Assembly: GCA_046757525.1 (NCBI GenBank)
Contig: JBHHYI010000100.1
Span: 1 to 14,752 of the forward strand
Reading direction: 5' to 3'
DNA length: 14,752 nucleotides
Source: a bacterium
GTDB lineage: Bacteria; Zhuqueibacterota; Zhuqueibacteria; Oceanimicrobiales; Oceanimicrobiaceae
The translations under genes were made by a program, and so were the position numbers. Below are positions 5,912 through 13,580 of this stretch, one piece after another (within the stretch, counting starts at the first letter, position 1; each line of letters begins with the position of its first letter). The notes under the pieces were generated by a model. It was given only the letters and a program-made list of their open reading frames with translations. It was not told where the DNA came from and made no database searches.

Positions 5912-8071
5912 CTATAATGCTTCAACACTGAGCGTCATGTCATTTTCCCAGATTTGACCCGCACCGACCTTGATCTTCCAATGAGGGATCACCACGGAAC
6001 TCTGGTAAATCCGCTCAAACCCCCCTTCCGACTGCGAGATCGTTTCAATGGGAAATCGCCAGAAATCGCCAGGTTTTTCCGTTCGGAGCGCAACTTTAAG
6101 CTTCAGCCATTCATCCTTTAGCACCACCTCATTCGTGTTTGCCACTTCTCCCGTGCTTCTGAGGCGAGAATCATCGAGCCGGTGCCCAGGAAAGACAAAG
6201 TAGCGGTCTTGCGCATCCCCTGCCAAAAGGGCGAAGTCCAACTCAACGCCGAACCAGAAGTCGCACGCCTCGGCACCTGAATTTTTGATCGCGTACGAAA
6301 TGTGAATGTCGCCGCCCAAGTTGTTCACGAACACCCTTTTCTCCAGGTACACGGGTACAGAGCTGTCGTCGCTCATAACGTGACCGTTGCGCCACAAGCG
6401 CAGCAAGACACCGCCATTTTGCTTTTCGCAAGCGAACTCGTAGGGGGAGTTGATGAAATCGCCCGCTTCCTCATAATTACAGCGGGCAAAGCTCTCCACC
6501 GTGGTGCCTTCCCGCAGAAAATGATCCAGGAGCGAGCTTCGTCGGTACCAATCATAAAACAAAAAGTCTTCCAGGCCCTCTTCTTTCGCCATAACCTGGT
6601 CATGAATACTTGCAACATGATCAGGACGCTCTTGAGCCTGCTGGTTGATCTGCCTGAGTTTCTTATGGTAGCTTTCCTCCCGGCGAGTCATGGTGTCCAA
6701 CAAGTTTATGGCTCGGGGTTTGAAATCCAGCTCGAACAAACTCCCCCCGGATTCGGGAGCGAAATAAAGATTCAGAGTCTTGTTAGCGATTACGATTTCG
6801 CGCAAACCGTCGCCGTCGTAGTCGAACGCCCGGTAATCGCTCCAACCATCGGCCTGTTCCAGATGGGTGCGTTCCAAGGCCTCGACCAGTCTTTCGGCCT
6901 GGATCAATTCGTGGTAAGTGGCATAACGCAAGTGATTCAGGTAAAGCCCGCCAAAGACGCCATGCCAATAGGGACAATTACATTGCGCCGCCCAGAGGTG
7001 GTCCTGGGCCTGCTCAAATTTCTCATCGGAACGATGACTCGTTTCCAGCTCCGCGAGTCGATAACTCAGGTGCAGCATCTTTTTGTGCATGTTGTTGGAC
7101 TCGGGATACTTGGCCATGAAATTGCGCCAGAAGCCACCCCGCACAAATACTTTATATTTGTCGTAAAGCTGGTTGCGCTTGAGTATGTCTTCAAATTCCT
7201 CGTAATCGTTGATCGCCTTGGTCGGCATAGCCCATTCCATCATTTCTCGGTAGGACGCGGTCGGCAAATATATTCGCCCCAGCGGCTTAATCTTTTCCAG
7301 GGCTTCAGAAAAATGCACGATGTTAATCCAATCGGAGTTTTCCTCCAGGGCCCGATAAAAGCTTTCCAGCCAGCCATCTTTGTAGCAGTGATCATAGGTG
7401 CCAGGCCACACGCCGAACTTCTCGCCATCATCGGCAAAGACCACCAGGGGGTGCCGGTTTGACCTGGCAATGGAACGCAAGAATTCGATGGTTTTCTCTG
7501 GCGACTCAAACGGGATGGTGTAGCGCAGGGTCTCACTGATGGGAAACAAATAGACCGTGTGGCCTTCCTCTTCGGTGACATAATATCCGAGCAACTGTTC
7601 TTCTTGCAAACCGGCATTCTTGAAATGGGAGTCATCCAACACCAGATATTTTACACCGGTTTCGGCGCAAGGTTTGGGCAGGTGCGGTTCCCAGATTCTC
7701 TCAGCCAGCCACATGCCTTTGGGATTGTAGCGAGTATGTTGCCTGACAAATTCAGTCAATTTTTTGATTTGCCCAATCTTATCCCGGTAGGGAATGACGG
7801 CCAGAATAGGCTCATAAAATCCGCCGGTCATCATTTCGACTTGTCCGGCCTGGACCAGCGCGCGTAACCTTGGAATAAACTCAGGCTCATGCCTTTTTAT
7901 CCATTGAAACAAGATACCGCTATAATGCAATGCCAAACGAATCCCGGGATGCTTCTCTAAGATTTCCAGAAATGGCAAATAGGATTTTTGGTACGCCTCC
8001 TCAAATACGAAATCAAAATTTCCCACAGGTTGATGGTTGTGAATCCCAAAAGCAACATTTACTTTGTCCAA
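5912..8071 (-). CDS. GH57 alpha-amylase / 4-alpha-glucanotransferase
   Basis: GH57 conserved regions HNHQP, GGFYEPIL, WLAERIWE (nucleophile Glu), DDGEKFGVWP (acid/base Asp) and AQCNCPYWHGVFGGLY, plus C-terminal SQSEGGFERIYQ. No signal peptide. TTG start directly after an in-frame TAA, with AGAGGAG upstream. Confidence 0.95.
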   Translation of the reverse strand: MDKVNVAFGIHNHQPVGNFDFVFEEAYQKSYLPFLEILEKHPGIRLALHYSGILFQWIKRHEPEFIPRLRALVQAGQVEMMTGGFYEPILAVIPYRDKIGQIKKLTEFVRQHTRYNPKGMWLAERIWEPHLPKPCAETGVKYLVLDDSHFKNAGLQEEQLLGYYVTEEEGHTVYLFPISETLRYTIPFESPEKTIEFLRSIARSNRHPLVVFADDGEKFGVWPGTYDHCYKDGWLESFYRALEENSDWINIVHFSEALEKIKPLGRIYLPTASYREMMEWAMPTKAINDYEEFEDILKRNQLYDKYKVFVRGGFWRNFMAKYPESNNMHKKMLHLSYRLAELETSHRSDEKFEQAQDHLWAAQCNCPYWHGVFGGLYLNHLRYATYHELIQAERLVEALERTHLEQADGWSDYRAFDYDGDGLREIVIANKTLNLYFAPESGGSLFELDFKPRAINLLDTMTRREESYHKKLRQINQQAQERPDHVASIHDQVMAKEEGLEDFLFYDWYRRSSLLDHFLREGTTVESFARCNYEEAGDFINSPYEFACEKQNGGVLLRLWRNGHVMSDDSSVPVYLEKRVFVNNLGGDIHISYAIKNSGAEACDFWFGVELDFALLAGDAQDRYFVFPGHRLDDSRLRSTGEVANTNEVVLKDEWLKLKVALRTEKPGDFWRFPIETISQSEGGFERIYQSSVVIPHWKIKVGAGQIWENDMTLSVEAL

Positions 8072-8196
8072 TTAGTATGCCTTCTCCTCTAATTTTTTGG
8101 GTATAAAAATCATCAATTAGGCAATATTTAGATCGGCTCATTTGCTGCAATAATAAAAGTCGATCAAAAGCCCGGGTGTTGGCGCTTTCTAAGCGG

Positions 8197-9114
8197 TCAC
8201 AAGTCCAAACCTATTGAGAACTTGTGCACGTCGCCCAGATTTGAGCTAAAGGGCGTAAAACCATAATTGAAACGGTATCGATCGAGCTTGACGCCGAAGC
8301 CACCGCCTACCCCTTTCTCGTCGAAGCCTGCCTGGTAGCCCACCCTGAAAGCCAGCCGATCTCTGAGCAGCAGTTCCGCGCCAAAATTTCCCTTCAAGTC
8401 TGTGTCAAACACCTTCACCGCATCGGCTGCTAACAGCAGGTCGCCACCGACTGCATCCAGCCTGAGCGAATAGGCAACACCGGCGCGGATGGTTTCCGGC
8501 AAATCGACCGATTCGTTTAGAAGCGTGCCCATGGAGCCAAGATTTTGCGCCACAAAGGCAAACCGGAGGCTGTTGTCGAAGGGTTGCGCGGTGACCCCCA
8601 CATCGACGGCATATCCTGCGGCACTCTCCACAAAGATCTTTTCGTACAGGTACTTAACAGTGACACCGCCTGAGATGACGTCGTTGAATCGACGGCCGTA
8701 GGACAGCCCAAAGGCGATGTCGTTGGCATCGATCGTGCCGATTGGTTCTGCTGACGGTCCCACACGGCGTTGGATGCCGCCCACGTTGTTGGAATTGAAG
8801 CTAAATCCCAGGGTCCCTTTAAATGCCGGAAAAACAAAGGCCAGATACTCATTAGTAATATCTGCAATCCATTCCGAATGCGTGAACGCGACTTGCGTGC
8901 GATTGACAAAGGCCAGACCGGCCGGATTCCAATAGGTGGCTGTGGCCTCGTCGGCAACGGCAACATACGCTTCGCTCATGCCGGTGGCGCGGCCGCCAAC
9001 GCCGATTTTCAGAAACGCCAATCCGTTGCCGCCCCCGCCGCCAGCTTGCAATCCATTTGCCATCAGAAAGGGCCACGCAAAAGCTGCCCAGACCAACATT
9101 TTCCTACTTCTCAA
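8197..9114 (-). CDS. PorV/PorQ-family (FadL-like, UPF0164) outer-membrane beta-barrel protein
   Basis: Signal peptide ending LQA, hatch motif FLKIGVGGRATGMSEAYVAVADEATATYWNPAGL, alternating beta-strands, FVAQNLG and LPETIRAG. TTG start with AAGGAG 6 nt upstream. Confidence 0.88.
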   Translation of the reverse strand: MRSRKMLVWAAFAWPFLMANGLQAGGGGGNGLAFLKIGVGGRATGMSEAYVAVADEATATYWNPAGLAFVNRTQVAFTHSEWIADITNEYLAFVFPAFKGTLGFSFNSNNVGGIQRRVGPSAEPIGTIDANDIAFGLSYGRRFNDVISGGVTVKYLYEKIFVESAAGYAVDVGVTAQPFDNSLRFAFVAQNLGSMGTLLNESVDLPETIRAGVAYSLRLDAVGGDLLLAADAVKVFDTDLKGNFGAELLLRDRLAFRVGYQAGFDEKGVGGGFGVKLDRYRFNYGFTPFSSNLGDVHKFSIGLDL

Positions 9115-9158
9115 AACAAACTCCTTTTCCTAAGGTTATATTTCAACATCTGCAAAAT

Positions 9159-9175
9159 TGGGGCTTTCTGCCCCA
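9159..9175 (-). terminator. Weak hairpin between the two PorV-like genes (possible attenuator or mRNA stabiliser)
   Basis: Minus strand TGGGGC-agaaa-GCCCCA, a 6-bp GC-rich stem followed by ATTTTG; the U-tract is short. Confidence 0.3.
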
Positions 9176-9226
9176 CCTTTCGTTCGGTCATGTTCGGTGT
9201 CCTTCAGTTCTTTCTGAAATCCAGGA

Positions 9227-10234
9227 CTAAAACTGAAAGACCCACGAAAACACGTGTTCCGATTCCGGTCGATTCCCGGACGACGCGAACGCATAATTCA
9301 ACTGCGACATCTTGCCGAACAGCTCAAATAAATAGGCCCCGCCAGCCGTGAGCGCGCCGTCATCGATGCCGGCCCGTACCACAAAGTCTTGCTGCAAAAC
9401 CTTCTCCGCACCAAAATGGACCTTGCTGTCCAGTTCTTTGCTGTCTTCATAGTCCAGGGCCACGGTCAGCCCCTGCACGTGGGGCACCCTCACAGCCAGC
9501 GCGGAACGAACTCTGGTCGGGAATTCGTTGATGACCTGGGAACCCCGGTCGCCAAACAGATCCTTGGTGTTCCAGGTATACTTGGAGTTGATGTCTTTGA
9601 CGCTAATGCCCAGAGTCAACCAATCGAAGGGAGAGAGCAACCCACCAAAATCCAACCCCACACCAGTAGCGGAGATGGTTTTGCCGTCAGTGCCCACATC
9701 GGGAAATCGATTCAACAGGTACTTGACCGACAAACCAAACGACAGCACCTTTGCGGGACTCAATGCGAACGAGAAGACAAAGGCGTTTTCTGAATTAGAA
9801 AAGTCGCCCAGAGGCTGCCCATTGCTGTCACGGCCGTCGATGTCCCCCACCCCTGCATGAATCCAGGAAAGCGAGAAGCCACCGTCCATGACGCTTTTCT
9901 TATTCTTGGATTTAGGTCTAATGGGCACGGCCAGGCCAACAAAGGTAAACTGCCGGTCCAGGGACAGAACCCGGAGGGAGGTCATCAATTCCTTATGCTG
10001 CAAGAATGGCAAACCTGCGGGATTGTAATAGCTGGCTTCAATGCCTTTGGCCAGGGCCGTGTAAGCGTCACCCATGGCCTTGGCCCGCGCCCCAATGCCC
10101 ACGCGCAAAAATGCGCCGGCTGTGCCGCCCTGGGCATACGAAAGCCGTCGTCCTGCAAAGAGGACTGCGAGGGCCAGAAGGCACACAGCGATTTTTTTTA
10201 CAACAACATCAGAAACTTTAATTTGCGGTTTCAA
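9227..10234 (-). CDS. PorV/PorQ-family (FadL-like, UPF0164) outer-membrane beta-barrel protein
   Basis: Signal peptide ending SYA, motif FLRVGIGARAKAMGDAYTALAKGIEASYYNPAGL, amphipathic strands, and a C-terminal beta-signal HVFSWVFQF. TTG start with GGAG 7 nt upstream. Confidence 0.88.
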   Translation of the reverse strand: MKPQIKVSDVVVKKIAVCLLALAVLFAGRRLSYAQGGTAGAFLRVGIGARAKAMGDAYTALAKGIEASYYNPAGLPFLQHKELMTSLRVLSLDRQFTFVGLAVPIRPKSKNKKSVMDGGFSLSWIHAGVGDIDGRDSNGQPLGDFSNSENAFVFSFALSPAKVLSFGLSVKYLLNRFPDVGTDGKTISATGVGLDFGGLLSPFDWLTLGISVKDINSKYTWNTKDLFGDRGSQVINEFPTRVRSALAVRVPHVQGLTVALDYEDSKELDSKVHFGAEKVLQQDFVVRAGIDDGALTAGGAYLFELFGKMSQLNYAFASSGNRPESEHVFSWVFQF

Positions 10235-10249
10235 TTTACATCTCCGGTG

Positions 10250-11728
10250 CTAATTTAATACAATCAACTTGCCCCAAAAGCTGCCCTCTCCTTCCAATTC
10301 TAATCGGTAAAAATAGACGCCGTTGTCCACCTGCTTACCTCTGGAATCACGCCCATTCCAGAACTCGTGAAAGTCACCGTTGGCAGGACGCGGTTTGTCT
10401 TCGACTACGGTTGCAACCAACTGCATGGCGAAATCATAGATTTTCAGCGTCACGCGGGTTTCGCGCGTCGTATTGTACTGAAAACGAACGTGGCCTTCGT
10501 TGTTTAAAGCGTTGCTGAGGTTGGGCGAAAACGGATTCGGATAAGCATAGGTTCGCGGGGCGTCCTCGCGACCTGTGGGTTGGAAAGCCTGAAAAATCTC
10601 CCAGGTGAGTCCGTTGTCTGAGGTCTTTGCCAGGCCGTCGGCGGTGCCGGCCCACAGGGTGTGGACGGAACTCACACCCGTAGCAAAGAATTCATTCGTC
10701 AAAATTTGTCCGCCGGTCGCAAAATCGACGATGTTGGGAAACAGCGCCCAGGTCTGTCCTTCGTCGTTGGATTTGAACAACCCATTATCGGTCACCACAT
10801 AAACCACGGAGTCGTCGAAAGCAAAGTTGTGCGCAAATTCTCCGCGCAGAGAGGTACGCCAGCTAAACCCCTGGTCTTCACTCCAGGAAACCCCACGGAA
10901 TTCCGAAGTATCGTTGGTCGCACTGGTGGTCTCCACTGTGGCCCCCCAGACGATCTTTTTGCCGGCGTACTGCTGCACGGCAAGGGCCACTACGAAATTG
11001 CCAGAAATGGATGCCGCCTGATTCTGGTGGTTGAAGTTGGTCCAGGTGTTGCCGCCATCCACAGAACGATTGATGCCGCCGGCAGTGCCGACCCAGAGCA
11101 CGCTGTCCACAGAGATCACTGAAAAGGCGCGATGATTCAGATTGGCCACCGGATCGAACACGAAGGAATCCGGCGTAACGACCTCCCAGTTCTGGCCCAG
11201 GTTGCTGGACTTTCGCAGTCCGCCGCCAAAGCTGGAAATCCACACTTCCGAACCGCGCTGAGCAATATCGAAGGTGATGTTCTGCACATTGGTGGGGCCA
11301 GGCTGCGCCACCAGGTTCCAGGTCTGGCCCTGATCTAAAGAAAATGCCAGACCGCCACCCGCCTGAAACATGCCTAAACTCGTCGTGGTGTCAAAACCGG
11401 TCGCCACCCAGATAACTTCATCGGAAATGGCCATGGCAGAGACCGATCCTTTGCCCAAACCCTGGTCCATCCCGTAGGAAACAAACGACTGCCCACCGTC
11501 TGAGGTGCGGCTCAACCCCTCACCTGTTCCCAGCCAGACGCTGTTGCCCTTGACAACAATGTCGGTAACGCTGTTGCTGGTCAAACCCAGGTCAGGCTGG
11601 GCTTCCAGTCGGTAGGCATTCTTGTACAGCACCTGTGCAGGGACAGGCACAACGTTCAGCCCGAAGCAGAAACTGAGGGCAACAATGAGTCCTACAAACA
11701 TTTTCATGACTTCCAAAGACATCCTCAT
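10250..11728 (-). CDS. Exported Asp-box (BNR) beta-propeller protein with a C-terminal T9SS type-A sorting / FlgD Ig-like domain (true start may be ATG 11707)
   Basis: Signal peptide followed by seven Asp-box motifs (TSDGGQSF, SLDQGQTW, SSNLGQNW, SVDGGNTW, SEDQGFSW, SNDEGQTW, TSDNGLTW). The C-terminus reads AYPNPFSP...KIYDFAMQLVATV...WNGRDSRGKQVDNGVYFYRL...GKLIVLN. Confidence 0.88.
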   Translation of the reverse strand: MRMSLEVMKMFVGLIVALSFCFGLNVVPVPAQVLYKNAYRLEAQPDLGLTSNSVTDIVVKGNSVWLGTGEGLSRTSDGGQSFVSYGMDQGLGKGSVSAMAISDEVIWVATGFDTTTSLGMFQAGGGLAFSLDQGQTWNLVAQPGPTNVQNITFDIAQRGSEVWISSFGGGLRKSSNLGQNWEVVTPDSFVFDPVANLNHRAFSVISVDSVLWVGTAGGINRSVDGGNTWTNFNHQNQAASISGNFVVALAVQQYAGKKIVWGATVETTSATNDTSEFRGVSWSEDQGFSWRTSLRGEFAHNFAFDDSVVYVVTDNGLFKSNDEGQTWALFPNIVDFATGGQILTNEFFATGVSSVHTLWAGTADGLAKTSDNGLTWEIFQAFQPTGREDAPRTYAYPNPFSPNLSNALNNEGHVRFQYNTTRETRVTLKIYDFAMQLVATVVEDKPRPANGDFHEFWNGRDSRGKQVDNGVYFYRLELEGEGSFWGKLIVLN

Positions 11729-11729
11729 T

Positions 11730-12890
11730 CTATTCCGTTACCGTCAAAATGTGGTTGATGATGTTGCTCAGAGCACCCGAATTGTCTTGGGCCTGAAACT
11801 CAAACCTGAAGTCGCCCAGGGGTACGCCAGAGGAAGGCAAGACGATGAGCCTGCTGAAGGTGCCATCCCCGGCAACCACATCCCCGGTATTGGCCGTGTC
11901 GCCGTCATCAGCTAACTGCGTGGGACTGTTGTCGGCCTCCTGGCCTCCGGGCAGGAAGCTTCTGAATTGCACATAATCGATGTCGGAGAGACCCTGGGGA
12001 TCCGTGACATCGACGGTAATGAGTATCCGCGTCGATTGATTCGGGTCGATCTTTACGGTGTTCGGTGCCACCACATTCGAAATGACGGGCGGCCGATTGC
12101 CGACAAAGAATCCGTGAATGGAAACCACCACCGGCTGACTGGTGTTGCCGGCCTGATCTTCAGCTTGAAAGCGCAAGAAATAATCGCTGGCTTCTTTGAA
12201 AAGGCCGGAACTCAAGGTGCCCGAATAGAGGCCATCGGCTGCATTCACGTCTCCGGCGCTGCCGTCATCGACAAGGTCTTGTTCTAAAGTTGGATTGGGA
12301 TGTGCGGGCGGAAAAAATTGGAGCAAAACCCGCTGGATATCTGTCCGGCCGTCGGCATCTTCGACCGCAACAGCGACCACAAATTCGAAGGAAGAATCTA
12401 CCGCAACTTGTTGGGGCACCAGGGTGCGTACGATCTGCGGCGCCAGGTTTTCCCTACCGGCCAACACTTCAATCTCAGCCTCGAGCCGGTTGCTAATATT
12501 GCCGTCCACGTCCCTGGCGGCCAGCTCCAAAACAAAAATACCGGTGTCGCCCTGCGCAAAGCTGCCGTCGATGAACGCGGTGAAGACCCCGTCTTTGGCG
12601 ACGATGTCCCCTTGGGTACCGTCGTCCTTCAGCTGGCCTTGCGCTGACGACCCACTCGATCCATTTTTCGACAACACATAGCGCACTTGTGCAATGTTTT
12701 CCAGGCCCTGGTCGTCCTGAACTCTTACGGAAATCATCTGCTTTTGGGTCGAGGCGTTGTAGATTTGCGCCGGGGCCACTAAATCTGAAAGTACGGGTTC
12801 CGGCCTTTGGGCAGGTTGACTGATTTCGTCCTGGGTACAATTCCAGAAGAACACCAAAAGAAGTAAGAATAGACCAAAGTCCTTTTTCAT
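11730..12890 (-). CDS. Lipoprotein with three tandem Ig-like repeats carrying an LxDDGxxGDxxAxDG loop (choice-of-anchor X-like)
   Basis: Signal MKKDFGLFLLLLVFFWN-C18. Three repeats of about 115 aa contain LKDDGTQGDIVAKDGVF, LVDDGSAGDVNAADGLY and LADDGDTANTGDVVAGDGTF. Confidence 0.85.
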   Translation of the reverse strand: MKKDFGLFLLLLVFFWNCTQDEISQPAQRPEPVLSDLVAPAQIYNASTQKQMISVRVQDDQGLENIAQVRYVLSKNGSSGSSAQGQLKDDGTQGDIVAKDGVFTAFIDGSFAQGDTGIFVLELAARDVDGNISNRLEAEIEVLAGRENLAPQIVRTLVPQQVAVDSSFEFVVAVAVEDADGRTDIQRVLLQFFPPAHPNPTLEQDLVDDGSAGDVNAADGLYSGTLSSGLFKEASDYFLRFQAEDQAGNTSQPVVVSIHGFFVGNRPPVISNVVAPNTVKIDPNQSTRILITVDVTDPQGLSDIDYVQFRSFLPGGQEADNSPTQLADDGDTANTGDVVAGDGTFSRLIVLPSSGVPLGDFRFEFQAQDNSGALSNIINHILTVTE

Positions 12891-12908
12891 AACGCTATTT
12901 TCTCGGAT

Positions 12909-13580
12909 TCATCCCTGCATTGAAGTAACTGTCATCGCAAGGTCGCTTTCCCATTTAGTTTGCAATTCGAGCAAATCTACAGCGCAGAAATCAGCAGCCC
13001 CCAGATATTTTTTAGGTAAAGTCGTAGCAAGGGCTATCACGCGCATCCCGGCATTTCTTGCCGCCTGGATGCCCAGAGGCGCATTTTCAATGACCACGCA
13101 GTGCTGCGGTTCGACCCGCAAAGCCCGGGCAGCTTTCAGATAAGATTCCGGATGTGGCTTTCCATTGTTAACATCGTCGGCTGTGACGATGACCCCAAAC
13201 CCGGACCGAATGCTGGCCGGCAATACGGCCTCCAAGTTTACCCGCGCGGTTCCCGTAACCAAACCGATCCGCAAACTTTTTTGCCGCAAGTACTCAATAA
13301 ACACTTCGGCCTCAGGCCGCACGGAAGCCCGGGTTATCTCGCGGTAATGCCTTTGTTTGTTGGCAACAAACTCTCGTAATTCATCTTCGGTAATCTCACG
13401 ATGGCGTCCCCCGAAAATCTCGAGCGCCAGGTCCCTGGAATTGCTGCCCTCGCGCAACAAGATTTCCTCCGGATCGATGGAAATGTCAAACCGACGAAAG
13501 GCCTCTTGCCAGGCGGAAACATGGTCGTCCATGCTGTCGACCAGAACACCGTCGTAGTCAAAAAGGACCGCTTTGATCAA
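12909..13580 (-). CDS. HAD-superfamily phosphatase, beta-phosphoglucomutase-like
   Basis: Motif I FDYDGVLVDS, motif II LVTGT, motif III GKPHPESY, motif IV VIENAPLGIQAA. The TTG start overlaps the upstream TGA (TTGA) with a GGAGGAG SD. Confidence 0.93.
   Translation of the reverse strand: MIKAVLFDYDGVLVDSMDDHVSAWQEAFRRFDISIDPEEILLREGSNSRDLALEIFGGRHREITEDELREFVANKQRHYREITRASVRPEAEVFIEYLRQKSLRIGLVTGTARVNLEAVLPASIRSGFGVIVTADDVNNGKPHPESYLKAARALRVEPQHCVVIENAPLGIQAARNAGMRVIALATTLPKKYLGAADFCAVDLLELQTKWESDLAMTVTSMQG

Noticed and set aside
6302..7462. Long plus-strand 386-aa ORF
   Set aside because: It lies entirely antisense to the GH57 gene and has no domain motifs, as expected for a codon-bias shadow.
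8072..8196. Promoter or terminator in the gap before the GH57 gene
   Set aside because: The gap is AT-rich with TTGCAG and TTGCCT hexamers, but has no properly spaced -10 box and no strong hairpin.
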